Source: Patescibacteria group bacterium (GTDB lineage Bacteria > Patescibacteriota > Minisyncoccia > Phycocordibacterales > XYD1-FULL-46-19). From it: a stretch of DNA of 60,209 nucleotides. Shown piece by piece: positions 1-9,290 of this stretch. The stretch lies in contig JAKJEI010000002.1 of assembly GCA_022705505.1 (NCBI GenBank), forward strand, positions 1 to 60,209, written 5' to 3'. Position numbers and translations under genes: made by a program. Numbering within the stretch: the first letter of the stretch is position 1; each line of letters starts with the position of its first letter. The notes under the pieces are model-generated. The model made no database searches, was not told the DNA's origin, and saw only the letters and a list, made by a program, of their open reading frames with translations.

Positions 1-1287
1 GCCGTAGACACTTCAAAAATCGTCTCTTTGCGTTTTCCGACATTTTGGTTTGAACCGACACCGCAGGGGCTCTTTATGTTGCAAGTGGCGTTCGGCCAAT
101 CGAAATATTACTCAGACAATTTGAAGCAAAATGTGGAGCGAGGTATGCGCCAAAAATTGCGCCGAGGAGAATGGCTTACAAAAGCTCCTTTCGGGTATGT
201 GAATAATCCGCGAACGAGGAATATCGAACCTGATCCGGTGAAATCAAAGATTATCGTTCGCGCGTATGAACAATACGCAAAAGGAACACATACCCTCATT
301 TCGCTGGCACAATTTTTTGCTGACCACGGTGTGACTACCAAGGCCGGAACGCCACTTGGCAAAGCTTCGGTGAAAAGAATATTGACCAATCGTGCCTATT
401 TGGGATTCACCAAACATCGTGACGAGTATTTCACCGGAAGCTTTGCGCCAATTCTTTCTCCGACACTGTTTGAAGCTGTGCAGAAACAACTTTCCGTGCG
501 AGCGCATCCAAGACACACGAAGCAAGCGCACGATTTTCCGTTCGCCGGACTTTTTCGTTGTGGCGAGTGTGGCTCGATGATTACTGCTCAGTGGGCAACG
601 GGAAAATGTGGCGGTCGCTATCGGTATTATCGGTGCACGAAAAAGAACGGCGTGTGCTTACAGAAGTATTTGCAAGAAGATGCGCTCGCTCTCCAAGTAA
701 AGGAACAGCTTCAATCAGTGTCACTTCCCGAAGCGTGGACAGATTATATGCTCAAAAAGACAGACGAATTTGAGCATAACGAAAAATACGCTTCGGGAAG
801 TCGTCTCGAACAGATGAAGAATGACCTCAAGAAGCTTGAAGCGAAGCTCGATTCGCTTGTTGATTTGTATCTAAATGGTGATATTGAGCGCGAGGCGTAT
901 CTCGCAAAGAAAGATGGTTTAATGCGCCAAAAAATCTCGCTTCAAGCAAAATCTTCATCTGTCCGAGCCGAGAGAAAGAATTGGGTCGAACCCCTGCGGA
1001 AGTGGGTTTTGGATTCAAAACACGCGGGGTTTCTGGCAAGCAGTACAAAGTACGCCGAAATGCGCGACTTTGTCCGTTCCTTCGGAACGAACCCCGCACT
1101 TTCAAACAAAACTATTTCGATCTCATTTTGCCCGCCCTCCGATTTCGCCCGCATTCGCAAGGCAGAATTCATTTCCTCACCACACAGCGCGCTTCGCGCG
1201 CCCGCACATTTTGGTCTTTCCGACCGAGAAGTTTCTATTTGTGACCCTACGGGGAGTCGAACCCCGATTACCACCGTGAGAGGGTGA
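1..1287 (+). CDS. Large serine recombinase (5'-truncated by the window edge)
   Basis: Frame 1 is open from base 1. It carries the tail of a resolvase catalytic domain, a recombinase domain, a Cys zinc ribbon (CGECGSMITAQ...YRYYRCTKK) and a coiled-coil stretch. The last 46 nt overlap tRNA-Glu on the opposite strand. Confidence 0.85.
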   Translation, partial: AVDTSKIVSLRFPTFWFEPTPQGLFMLQVAFGQSKYYSDNLKQNVERGMRQKLRRGEWLTKAPFGYVNNPRTRNIEPDPVKSKIIVRAYEQYAKGTHTLISLAQFFADHGVTTKAGTPLGKASVKRILTNRAYLGFTKHRDEYFTGSFAPILSPTLFEAVQKQLSVRAHPRHTKQAHDFPFAGLFRCGECGSMITAQWATGKCGGRYRYYRCTKKNGVCLQKYLQEDALALQVKEQLQSVSLPEAWTDYMLKKTDEFEHNEKYASGSRLEQMKNDLKKLEAKLDSLVDLYLNGDIEREAYLAKKDGLMRQKISLQAKSSSVRAERKNWVEPLRKWVLDSKHAGFLASSTKYAEMRDFVRSFGTNPALSNKTISISFCPPSDFARIRKAEFISSPHSALRAPAHFGLSDREVSICDPTGSRTPITTVRG

Positions 1288-1313
1288 TGTCCTAGCCATT
1301 AGACGATAGGGCC
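1242..1313 (-). tRNA. tRNA-Glu (anticodon CUC)
   Basis: Manual cloverleaf, 72 nt. Acceptor GGCCCTA/TAGGGTC; D arm GTCT-AATGGCTA-GGAC; anticodon arm TCACC-CTCTCAC-GGTGG (U33, CTC, A37). Variable loop TAAT; T arm CGGGG-TTCGACT-CCCCG; discriminator A. No encoded CCA. Confidence 0.85.
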
Positions 1314-1461
1314 GGAAAAGGATTTATGGATTATATCCGCAAGTCCGGATAAATCCAGGTACTGGCATCGCATTTTACTATACCACGCAACGTTTTTTGA
1401 AGCAATCAGCCCAAAAGCCAGGGCGAGCGCCTAAAGCTTGGATTTTTGTCTCAATGTTGCG

Positions 1462-2769
1462 TTAGAGCCACTCCGCTTCTTGTCTCACCAGCAATTTTTC
1501 TTTTTTATCCGGTTCCGCCATAATTTCTACCACTGTTTTTTCCATTCGCATTGATTGAGAGCCTTTGACCAAAATCACGTCCCCTGCCTCTATTTCGTTC
1601 TGCAAAGTCTGACCAGCCGATAACGAATCATCAAAATGCCTCACTTTTTCACCCAAGCCTTTTTCAATGAAAACTTCGTCAATAAATTTAGACCGCAAGC
1701 CGACCGTGTAAACCAGGTCACAAACTTCCGCTGCCAGATAACCAATTTCCCGGTGCGCTTCCGGCGCGTAGGTACCAAGCTGAAGCATATCGCCCAAAAC
1801 CGCAATCCGCCGGCCCTTGACCTGCAAAAGGCTTAGCGTTTTCAGCCCCGCCGCCACCGCCGCCGGCGACGAATTGTAAGTGTCGTCCAAGACTACCGAA
1901 TTTTTTAAACCAGGCAAAACTCGCAAACGTCCGGCCGCCGGTTTGTAATCTTTTAAAACTTCAATCATTTCAATTACGTTCACCCCTAAAATATCTCCCA
2001 ACGCCAAAGCTGCCAAGACTGGATAAATTTGATGCTCGCCGACAACCCCGCCAACTCGCACTGGCAAACTCTTGCCGTTGTGTTCAAATTTGAAAGTCAA
2101 CCCACTCGGCAAACCGGTTTCGTCATACAAAACACCCTGGGCTTCAGCGCGATAATCAGCCAAATCATTAAAACCAAAAGTCAGGATTTCGCCCTTGATG
2201 CCTCCAAGATGAGCGGCAACATTTTTGTCATCGGCATTAATTAAAACTTTGCCCTGGGCTGGGACTGCCTTGGCCAAAAGCATTTTTTCTTTGATCACTT
2301 CGGCCGGTGAAGAAAAGAACTCTACGTGCACCGGCATATCCGGCAAAAAAGTAACAACCGCGTGGTCAAATTTCACCCATTTGACAATTTGCGCGATTTC
2401 ACCCGGATATTCCACGCCAATCTCAAGCACCAACCATTTTGGGTAATCTTTTTTAAAAATAATTAAAAACAAACCGTGGAAAAAAATATCCAACCAACCC
2501 AAGATGCTATACCAAGCCGATTGACAACCCAGAATCGTCAGGGCCACGCCGATATCGGCGCTGTTGTAACTCTTCTCGCTTTTAGACACCGACAAATAAT
2601 TTTTTGTTACTTCATAAATCGCGTCCTTGGTGGAGGTTTTGCCGACACTGCCAGTCACTCCAATAATCTTTGGTTTATACTTTTTGAGCACCAATTTGGC
2701 CTCCCAGCGCAAGATAACGACAACGACTGGCCGAAAGCCCTTTTTGAGCATTTTTAAGGTGTTTTTCAT
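1462..2769 (-). CDS. murF: UDP-N-acetylmuramoyl-tripeptide--D-alanyl-D-alanine ligase
   Basis: Mur ligase P-loop GVTGSVGKTSTKD, typical length, and dcw context. ATG at 2769 is one codon inside the TTG of the ORF track. Confidence 0.88.
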   Translation of the reverse strand: MKNTLKMLKKGFRPVVVVILRWEAKLVLKKYKPKIIGVTGSVGKTSTKDAIYEVTKNYLSVSKSEKSYNSADIGVALTILGCQSAWYSILGWLDIFFHGLFLIIFKKDYPKWLVLEIGVEYPGEIAQIVKWVKFDHAVVTFLPDMPVHVEFFSSPAEVIKEKMLLAKAVPAQGKVLINADDKNVAAHLGGIKGEILTFGFNDLADYRAEAQGVLYDETGLPSGLTFKFEHNGKSLPVRVGGVVGEHQIYPVLAALALGDILGVNVIEMIEVLKDYKPAAGRLRVLPGLKNSVVLDDTYNSSPAAVAAGLKTLSLLQVKGRRIAVLGDMLQLGTYAPEAHREIGYLAAEVCDLVYTVGLRSKFIDEVFIEKGLGEKVRHFDDSLSAGQTLQNEIEAGDVILVKGSQSMRMEKTVVEIMAEPDKKEKLLVRQEAEWL

Positions 2770-2798
2770 CAATTTTGAATTATTGGGGGTCTCTGTTG

Positions 2799-4511
2799 TT
2801 AGCGGTCTGGTGGCACTTGGTAATAGTTTAACAAAAATTTGGTCAAATTGCTAAACGGTTCAGTCAAAGTTTCCGATGAGTAACGTACGCCTTTGGGGTC
2901 TTTAATATACATAAAAATGATAAAACGCGGGTTGAAAGCTGGGAAATAACCAAAGAAAGTGTGCAGGTAACGGTCAGGATAATATTTTCTGGTTTCCGGG
3001 TTCACCATTTGCGCCGTGCCAGTTTTGGCCGCAACCGAATAATGTTCCAGCTTAGCTTTGCCGCCGGCCAATTTCTCGTCTACGACTTCCACCAACATCC
3101 GGCTAATCTCCTCGCTTGTCTCTTTTTTTATCACTTGCCTTATAATCTTGGGTTCAATCTTGCGCGATAATTTATTTTGGTAATTGATTTCTTTGACAAT
3201 ATAAGGTTCAATCAGCTTGCCGCCGTTACCAAGCGCGGCCAACGCGCGCGCGGTCGCAATCGGCGTAAAAGACAAGCCCTGACCATAAGCCGCTGTAACA
3301 TAATTAATTTCATAAGGTTCATAGATTGTTTGAATTCGATTGTTCAATTCCCCGGGCAAGTCAATGCCGGTTTTTTCGCCAAAACCAAAGGCTTCATAGT
3401 AGGCACGGAATTTTTCTTGGCCCAGTTGACGAGCCACAAAAGCCATTCCCACGTTTAAGGATTGGTTCAAAACTTCTTGCATTGGCACTACACCTCTGGC
3501 TCTGCCGTCGTAATTACAAATTTTTTGGCCACTGACCGTAATGCAGCCAGTATCGTTAAAAGTAGTTGAGGTTGTGACTGCGCCGGCGTCCAAGGCTGCC
3601 GCCATGGCAATCGGTTTTATCGTGGAACCCATTTCGTAGATATGCTCCACAAAAGGATTGGGCAAGACTGACAAATCGGTAATTTTCTCGCCGGGATGAA
3701 AAGTGGGCCAAGCTGCCATCGCGATTATTTCACCGGTCTGCGGGTCCATCACCATACCGGCGACTGAATCTCCCCGGTATTGTTCTTGCGCTTCGGCCAA
3801 TTGACTTTCCAAAAACTTTTGGACGACCGGTTCAATAGAGGTAACAATATCTCCCTGAATGGCGGAATCTTTATCCGCGTCTTTTGTTTTGCTCAAGGTC
3901 GCAAAAGTTTCCACAAAAAAATTGGCAAACGATAAATCTTTTTCTCGCGACAAAGTATCATTATAAAACTTCTCCAAGCCGTAACGTCCCGCATATTCGT
4001 CCCCCTTGTAACCCATTAGGCCAATCACGTGCGCGGCGCTCTGGCCGGCCGGGTAAAACCTCTCCCTCTGTTTGATGGGATAAATCGCATTCAAACGTAA
4101 GGCTAAAATCCGGTCAGCGGTTTCTTTGGTCAAGCCATCGGCCAAAACTTCATAAGAATCCCCTTTTTTGGCCGCTGACTGGTAAAATTTTTCTTTATCC
4201 ATAACCACCAAGGGCGAAACTTTTTGCCAAGCTTCATCCACGGATTTGATTAAGGTCGGATTCATAATTAACAAATATGACGTTTCCAAAGTCGCCGCGG
4301 AAATTTTTTTGCCATTTTTGTCTGTAAAAAAAATAGAGCCTCGGTCGTATATTCTGGCCGAACCCGGACTAAAATGCTGTTTATCCGCCTCCGCGCGATA
4401 ATGGTCGGCCTTGACCACTTGAATAAAAAATAAGCGTACAATAAATAAAGCCGCCAAGGCAAAAATACCAAATGCCAAAAATTTAACCCTGAGACCGGAG
4501 TTATATTTCAT
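2799..4511 (-). CDS. ftsI: Penicillin-binding protein, division-type transpeptidase (FtsI/PBP3-like)
   Basis: N-terminal TM helix, PBP dimerisation and transpeptidase domains (STIKP, KTGTA). It follows ftsL in the dcw cluster. Start moved to the internal ATG (MKYNSGLRV...) to remove a long overlap with ftsL. Confidence 0.85.
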   Translation of the reverse strand: MKYNSGLRVKFLAFGIFALAALFIVRLFFIQVVKADHYRAEADKQHFSPGSARIYDRGSIFFTDKNGKKISAATLETSYLLIMNPTLIKSVDEAWQKVSPLVVMDKEKFYQSAAKKGDSYEVLADGLTKETADRILALRLNAIYPIKQRERFYPAGQSAAHVIGLMGYKGDEYAGRYGLEKFYNDTLSREKDLSFANFFVETFATLSKTKDADKDSAIQGDIVTSIEPVVQKFLESQLAEAQEQYRGDSVAGMVMDPQTGEIIAMAAWPTFHPGEKITDLSVLPNPFVEHIYEMGSTIKPIAMAAALDAGAVTTSTTFNDTGCITVSGQKICNYDGRARGVVPMQEVLNQSLNVGMAFVARQLGQEKFRAYYEAFGFGEKTGIDLPGELNNRIQTIYEPYEINYVTAAYGQGLSFTPIATARALAALGNGGKLIEPYIVKEINYQNKLSRKIEPKIIRQVIKKETSEEISRMLVEVVDEKLAGGKAKLEHYSVAAKTGTAQMVNPETRKYYPDRYLHTFFGYFPAFNPRFIIFMYIKDPKGVRYSSETLTEPFSNLTKFLLNYYQVPPDR

Positions 4512-4827
4512 CACCCAATGAAACCATGCTGACCGCTGAGCGATCAAGCGCGGCGTAAGTCGTGCTGTTAGACGAATCAACAAAACCAAGTGTTTTAGCG
4601 TACCCCCAGTTTATCAAACTTAGTTTGGCCAAATAATCCGATTCCAACGTGGCGACGGTCGCTTCCAAAAAGGCTGCTTGTTCAATTTGTTCTCGACGCT
4701 TAGCTGTATTAAAAACCGAGTCACTCAAAAAATAGACATAAAGGCCGGCGCAAACGGTGATACCAACAATTGCCGTCCAAGTTATTTTTCGACCCCAATT
4801 ATCAAGTTGTATGGCTCGCGCTTTCAT
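4501..4827 (-). CDS. ftsL: Small bitopic membrane protein, FtsL-like cell division protein
   Basis: 108 aa with a single TM helix followed by a helical segment. The call rests on its position between rsmH and ftsI; the sequence itself is not diagnostic. Confidence 0.55.
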   Translation of the reverse strand: MKARAIQLDNWGRKITWTAIVGITVCAGLYVYFLSDSVFNTAKRREQIEQAAFLEATVATLESDYLAKLSLINWGYAKTLGFVDSSNSTTYAALDRSAVSMVSLGDEI

Positions 4828-4865
4828 TTGTTTATAAAAATTTTTTGATAATGTATAACTGATGT

Positions 4866-5756
4866 TTAATTAATTTTTTTGAAAACCCTCAATTGAGCGC
4901 TGCGTGAACGCGGGTTGGCCAAAACCTCCGCGCGATCCGGTTTTGTGGCTTTGACTAAAAGTTCCAACTCCCCCGCTTCTTTTTTTGTCCTGACAAACTC
5001 CTTGACCAATCTGGCCTCTAGACCATGAAAAGTAATGACCGCGACCCGACCGCCAACCGACAAGGCCTCCCAAACCGCTCCTAGACCTTCTTTGAACGCG
5101 CCCAATTCGTCATTAACCGTAATCCGCAAAGCTTGAAAAGTCTTAGTCGCCGGATGAATTCGGCCAAACCGACCGCGCGGGCCGAGCGCCTTTTTGATGA
5201 TTTCGGCCAACTGGAAAGTGGTTCTGATTTCATTTTCTTCTCTGGCGGTCACAATGGCGGCCGCAATTTTCCGCGCGGCGCGTTCTTCACCATAGCCATA
5301 AATGATATCGGCCAAACTCGCTTCCGACCAAGTGTTGACAATTTCCGCAGCTGTCAAAACACTGGACTGAACGTCACCACTCAAGGTCATCAGCAACGGT
5401 TCATCTTTCTGAAAAGTAAAACCGCGGCCCGACCGGTCCAGTTGAAACGAACTGAAACCGAGGTCAAACAATGCTGCATCAATTTGGGCGACCCCAACTT
5501 TTTGTAAAATTTCAGACAAACGACGGAAATTGCCTAAGGCGAACATTTTCTGACCCGGGCAAGCCTCCAAGTTTCGTTTGGCTAGCTCAAGCGTCTCAGG
5601 GTCTTGGTCCAGCCCAATCAAAGTACCAGTTGATCCGATTTGCTCACAAATAGCTTTAGCATGACCACCTAAACCAAGCGTGGCGTCCAGAACGGTCTCG
5701 CCGCTTTGCAAACGCAATCCCTCAATTGTTGGTTGTAAAAGAACAGGAACGTGCAT
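4866..5756 (-). CDS. rsmH: 16S rRNA (cytosine1402-N4)-methyltransferase
   Basis: MHVPVLL N-terminus, SAM-binding DATLGLGGH motif, and position after mraZ. Confidence 0.92.
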   Translation of the reverse strand: MHVPVLLQPTIEGLRLQSGETVLDATLGLGGHAKAICEQIGSTGTLIGLDQDPETLELAKRNLEACPGQKMFALGNFRRLSEILQKVGVAQIDAALFDLGFSSFQLDRSGRGFTFQKDEPLLMTLSGDVQSSVLTAAEIVNTWSEASLADIIYGYGEERAARKIAAAIVTAREENEIRTTFQLAEIIKKALGPRGRFGRIHPATKTFQALRITVNDELGAFKEGLGAVWEALSVGGRVAVITFHGLEARLVKEFVRTKKEAGELELLVKATKPDRAEVLANPRSRSAQLRVFKKIN

Positions 5757-5757
5757 A

Positions 5758-6192
5758 CTACAAGATTCCGATATTTGTCAGATTCTCAGCCAAAACATCA
5801 GCTTGCTTTTCCACCTTATCAATATGGTCTTTCCACTTCTTTTCGTCCCAGATTTCTACTCGGTCGTTTAAGCCAACGATAACCACCTTGCTCTTTAAAT
5901 CGGCAAAGTCTCGCAAGTGATCAGGAATTAAAATTCGCCCCATAGTGTCTATGTCGGCCTCAAAAGCGCCGCCAAAAATAAAACGATTAAAACCGCGCGA
6001 AGCGCCTTGAGTCATTGGCAAAGTGTTAAGTTGTTCCACCACTTTTTTCCAGCCTTCAAGTGTGTAGAGGAAAAGACAATTGTCCAATCCTCTCGTGACT
6101 ACAACCTTACGGCCAATTTCTTTGCGAAAGTTGGCCGGAACGGAAATCCGTTTTTTGTCGTCTATGGTGTGTTTGAATTCGCCGATAAGCAT
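5758..6192 (-). CDS. mraZ: Transcriptional regulator MraZ
   Basis: 144 aa with two SpoVT/AbrB-like halves, each carrying a DxxxR-type motif (DDKKRISVP, DTMGRILIP). It is the first gene of the dcw cluster. Confidence 0.92.
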   Translation of the reverse strand: MLIGEFKHTIDDKKRISVPANFRKEIGRKVVVTRGLDNCLFLYTLEGWKKVVEQLNTLPMTQGASRGFNRFIFGGAFEADIDTMGRILIPDHLRDFADLKSKVVIVGLNDRVEIWDEKKWKDHIDKVEKQADVLAENLTNIGIL

Positions 6193-6233
6193 AATCTTTG
6201 AGCGTGAAACGAAGCAAACTCCCCTTTTTTTCT

Positions 6234-6263
6234 AAATCAAATTTTTAAGAAAAAATTTGATTT
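6234..6263. promoter_or_regulatory. Perfect 13-bp inverted repeat in the mraZ leader
   Basis: AAATCAAATTTTT-aaga-AAAAATTTGATTT, located 42-71 nt upstream of the mraZ start codon. Confidence 0.4.
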
Positions 6264-6293
6264 GATAAGCATTTTTACCTGAAAATGCATTGA

Positions 6294-6341
6294 CCCACTT
6301 CATCCCACCACATAGACATTTTATACCACCGGACACCACTT
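6294..6341 (-). promoter_or_regulatory. Candidate mraZ promoter with phased GTGG(G/T) repeats (putative MraZ operator)
   Basis: On the minus strand GTGG occurs at 6339, 6329, 6311/6308 and 6298, giving spacings of 10, ~21 and 10 nt. AAGTGG[GT] occurs twice, 41 nt apart. An extended -10 TGgTATAAA lies at 6320-6328. Confidence 0.4.
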
Positions 6342-6519
6342 GGGCAAATAAAATGTTGTGGATAACTGCTAAAATTACCTCTTTGAACCCAAAAGGCGTG
6401 AAACACAAGGCTAAAAACAGCAACAAGAATTCACTGTAACTTAATAATCAACCGGGGATGTTTGCAATTTTTTAAAGAAAAAACCGAAACAGTGACTCTG
6501 CTCAAAAATTCCGTTTGGG

Positions 6520-6564
6520 AAAATTTAAAAGCTCTGACTCTAGGAGTCAGAGCTTTTAAATTTT
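6520..6564 (-). terminator. Perfect 21-bp hairpin downstream of the GH18 gene
   Basis: AAAATTTAAAAGCTCTGACTC-tag-GAGTCAGAGCTTTTAAATTTT. The arms are A/T-rich at their outer ends, so it could act in both directions. Confidence 0.5.
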
Positions 6565-6628
6565 GATTCTCCCCCATTCATTCATTTCATACTCATCTCT
6601 GCCCATTGCGCTGGCTGGAAATTTTAAC

Positions 6629-7705
6629 TTATTTTAACGCGCGCCATAGTTTTGGGTCGCTTTCGCCATCAAGGCGGAAAAGAGCCACTCCTTTCACTCC
6701 GAGCTTTTTGGCCAAAGCCACTTTGTCAGCAATCGCTTGCGCATCCGAAAACCACACTAGCCTCGTTGCGCCGTCTTTCTTATAAGCAAAGGATAATTCA
6801 CCGGCACTGTTTCTCTTGGGAGTTACCCCTTCGGCCTTGGCCAACTCCATGGCGGCCTGATAACTTAAGCTCCGCAAACGTTTGTAATTATAAATTGAAC
6901 CATTATCCGTCACTTCATATTCATATCCGTAATTGACCACTCCTAACACCATCTTTTCTCGGTTGATTTCCTGGCTGGTAAAAACGGCCACCTTGCTCAC
7001 CCAGGCCACGTCCGCCAAGGGCTGGTAGTAACCCAATTTTATTTTTTGGTTGGTCAACTTCCAGTCAGCGGTAGTTTGTTCATAAGTCATTACCCGAATT
7101 TCATCACAATACTTGTTGATCGCCGGGTAATTATTGGCGTATTGAATATCGGTCGGTACCTCACGATACTTGGAAGTCGGCGCGAAGCGCGGTTCAATGG
7201 TGCAAACCAAAGTTTTGTTTCGAGCCTGCAACTTGAGCGACAACGAACGCAAAAAGGCGGCAAAACCATAGTAAGAGGAGGCCGGCTTGTTCTCGTAATC
7301 TATGTCAATACCGTCAAACTTGCCCGTTACCACTAAATCAACAATATCTTTGATGTGAGCCTCACGCAAATTGCGATTACGAAAAATTTTGTCCATCATC
7401 GCGCCATCAGACCACATAATTGAAGGGACAACCTTCACCCCCTGCTTTCGCGCGGCCGTTATCATTTCCGTCCAAGGGGCTTCGTCTATTTTCATGGCGT
7501 CACGGATTTGGCCATCAGCTGTCATTTCAAACGAAAAAGGACTAATTGTCGAAAGTTGTGATAAATGATTTTTAACTTCTGCCGTCGCGGCAGTTTTTTT
7601 CCAATATGGCACCCAGACTGAAAATTCTAGTTTATCCGTCTGTGCCCAAGAAGCAAACGGAAACAAAACCAAACCAAACAAAAAAATGTAAAATATTTTT
7701 TTCAT
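6629..7705 (-). CDS. Secreted glycoside hydrolase family 18-like protein
   Basis: Signal peptide (MKKIFYIFLFGLVLFPFASWA) and the GH18 catalytic motif FDGIDIDYE (DxxDxDxE). Confidence 0.75.
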   Translation of the reverse strand: MKKIFYIFLFGLVLFPFASWAQTDKLEFSVWVPYWKKTAATAEVKNHLSQLSTISPFSFEMTADGQIRDAMKIDEAPWTEMITAARKQGVKVVPSIMWSDGAMMDKIFRNRNLREAHIKDIVDLVVTGKFDGIDIDYENKPASSYYGFAAFLRSLSLKLQARNKTLVCTIEPRFAPTSKYREVPTDIQYANNYPAINKYCDEIRVMTYEQTTADWKLTNQKIKLGYYQPLADVAWVSKVAVFTSQEINREKMVLGVVNYGYEYEVTDNGSIYNYKRLRSLSYQAAMELAKAEGVTPKRNSAGELSFAYKKDGATRLVWFSDAQAIADKVALAKKLGVKGVALFRLDGESDPKLWRALK

Positions 7706-7794
7706 ATTCAAACAAACAACAAGTGATTGCGTATTATTTATAACGAAAAACCAAAAAAATTGTGACCAATATCATATTAAAAACAGAGAGAAAA

Positions 7795-7819
7795 CAGGGA
7801 GAGGGTTACCCTCTCTCTG
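7795..7819 (-). terminator. Hairpin directly after the lysS stop
   Basis: CAGGGAGAGGG-tta-CCCTCTCTCTG, with T runs on both strands (ttttt on plus, tttt on minus). It has one G.U pair on the plus strand and a C/A mismatch on the minus strand. Confidence 0.5.
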
Positions 7820-7832
7820 TTTTTGGAGTAAA

Positions 7833-9290
7833 TCATTTTTTAGGTCGTAAAAGTGGGAATATTTGTCCCTCGCGAACCGGTTTGTCCAAGAGGAAGCTGA
7901 GGAGTCTTTCGCTCAAACCAAAACCGCAAGCCGGTGGCATGCCATACTCCATCGCTTCAATAAAATCATCATCTTTACGTTGTGCTTCTTCATCACCGGC
8001 GACACGTAATTTGTCTTGTTCTTCAAAACGCCCAAGTTGATCTTGCGGATCATTGAGTTCACTAAAACCCTTACCGTTTTCCGAACCGGCCAATATTACT
8101 TGAAAACGTTCCACTAAATTCGGATTGTCAACCCGACGCTTAGCCAAAGGTTCCATCATCACCGGCACATTGACCAAAAAACCCGGGCCGGCAATTTGTT
8201 TGCGGCAATACTTCCAGAGATTATCAATCGCCCGATTTAGATTAAAGCCCTCTTTGTCATAATCAACTCCCAGTTCGTTTAATTTCTGTTCTATTGCCGC
8301 CAAATCAGCCTTCGCGATATCAATGCCAGTTTTTTCTTTGATAATTTCAGAATAATCATACCGCTCCCAAGTTTTACCCAAATCTACTTCAAAGTCTCTA
8401 ATTTTAAATTTGAGTGTACCGAAAGTTTTCTCGGCAATTTCTCGGTAAAGTTCTTCTACCAATTTCATCCCCTGTTCGTAATCAGCATAAGCCCAGTAAA
8501 ATTCCATCGCTTGATAATCTTGCAGGTGCTCGGCATCAATCCCCTCATTACGGAAAACTCGTCCGATTTCAAACACTTTGGGCAGGCCAGCCACCAAGAG
8601 CCGCTTAAGCCAAAGTTCCGGTGCGATTCGCAAATAAACATCCAAATCCAAAGCATTGTGATGAGTCACAAACGGCCTCGCTTCAGCGCCGCCAGGTATA
8701 TTTTCCAAGATTGGCGTATCTACTTCTTTGAAACCGCGCTCAAGCAAAAACTGACGAATGGTCTGCCAAAAGATGGATCGTTTCTCCACAATATTTCGAG
8801 TCTCAGGATCAGTCAAAATATCCAAATAACGTTTGCGCAATTTTTCTTCTTCGTCTTGCAGACCAGCCCACTTTTCTGGCAAGGGTCGCAAACTTTTGGC
8901 GAGCATCTTCCAATCTTCGGCCGCAATCGTCTTTTCACCTCGCTTGGTCACAAACAAAGTGCCCGAAACTTGGACAAAATCGCCAATGTCAACTGTCTCT
9001 TCCAGTAATTTAAATTTTTCCGGCGCATCATCTTTCTTAAAAAGCGCTTGAAGCTTACTGGTGCCATCAAATAAATCAAAAAAGGCCAAGGCCCCTTGAA
9101 TACGCAAAGCCATCACTCGTCCACCAACAGTCAGTTTGACCTGTTCGGTGGCTAATTCGTCAAAACGATTTAAGCTTTCTGACAATGAATGCGTAATTTC
9201 CGTCTTGGCCGGATAAGGTTCAAAACCGGCTTGCTTGAGCAAGTCCAACTTGCGCAGGCGTTCTTTGCGTATTTCTTCAAGAGAAGCCAT
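7833..9290 (-). CDS. lysS: Lysine--tRNA ligase (class II)
   Basis: N-terminal OB anticodon-binding domain plus class II core motifs (FRNEG, GGAEARPF, ERLLSF-type C-terminus). Confidence 0.93.
   Translation of the reverse strand: MASLEEIRKERLRKLDLLKQAGFEPYPAKTEITHSLSESLNRFDELATEQVKLTVGGRVMALRIQGALAFFDLFDGTSKLQALFKKDDAPEKFKLLEETVDIGDFVQVSGTLFVTKRGEKTIAAEDWKMLAKSLRPLPEKWAGLQDEEEKLRKRYLDILTDPETRNIVEKRSIFWQTIRQFLLERGFKEVDTPILENIPGGAEARPFVTHHNALDLDVYLRIAPELWLKRLLVAGLPKVFEIGRVFRNEGIDAEHLQDYQAMEFYWAYADYEQGMKLVEELYREIAEKTFGTLKFKIRDFEVDLGKTWERYDYSEIIKEKTGIDIAKADLAAIEQKLNELGVDYDKEGFNLNRAIDNLWKYCRKQIAGPGFLVNVPVMMEPLAKRRVDNPNLVERFQVILAGSENGKGFSELNDPQDQLGRFEEQDKLRVAGDEEAQRKDDDFIEAMEYGMPPACGFGLSERLLSFLLDKPVREGQIFPLLRPKK

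Noticed and set aside
1187-1201. GCGCGC-ttc-GCGCGC palindrome inside the recombinase 3' region, considered as an att core or terminator
   Set aside because: It lies inside the open reading frame, is short, and has no partner copy in the window, so it cannot be evaluated without the other element end.
1322-1340. GCGGATATAATCC sequence near the tRNA, considered as another copy of the GCGGATAAAACA repeat
   Set aside because: Only about 10/17 positions match, which is indistinguishable from chance.
2799-4589. Long N-terminal extensions of the track ORFs for ftsI, mrdA (to 11767), greA (to 10031), the 375-aa protein (to 36492), the CBM-deacetylase (from 44888), HK2 (from 49884) and eno (from 30674)
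   Set aside because: The extensions overlap upstream genes or promoters and precede the obvious signal peptide or conserved N-terminus. Internal ATGs give products matching family N-termini.
6232-6426. 64-aa ORF upstream of mraZ
   Set aside because: It lies across the predicted mraZ promoter, GTGG boxes and leader palindrome. It shows no coding-like features and is most likely spurious.
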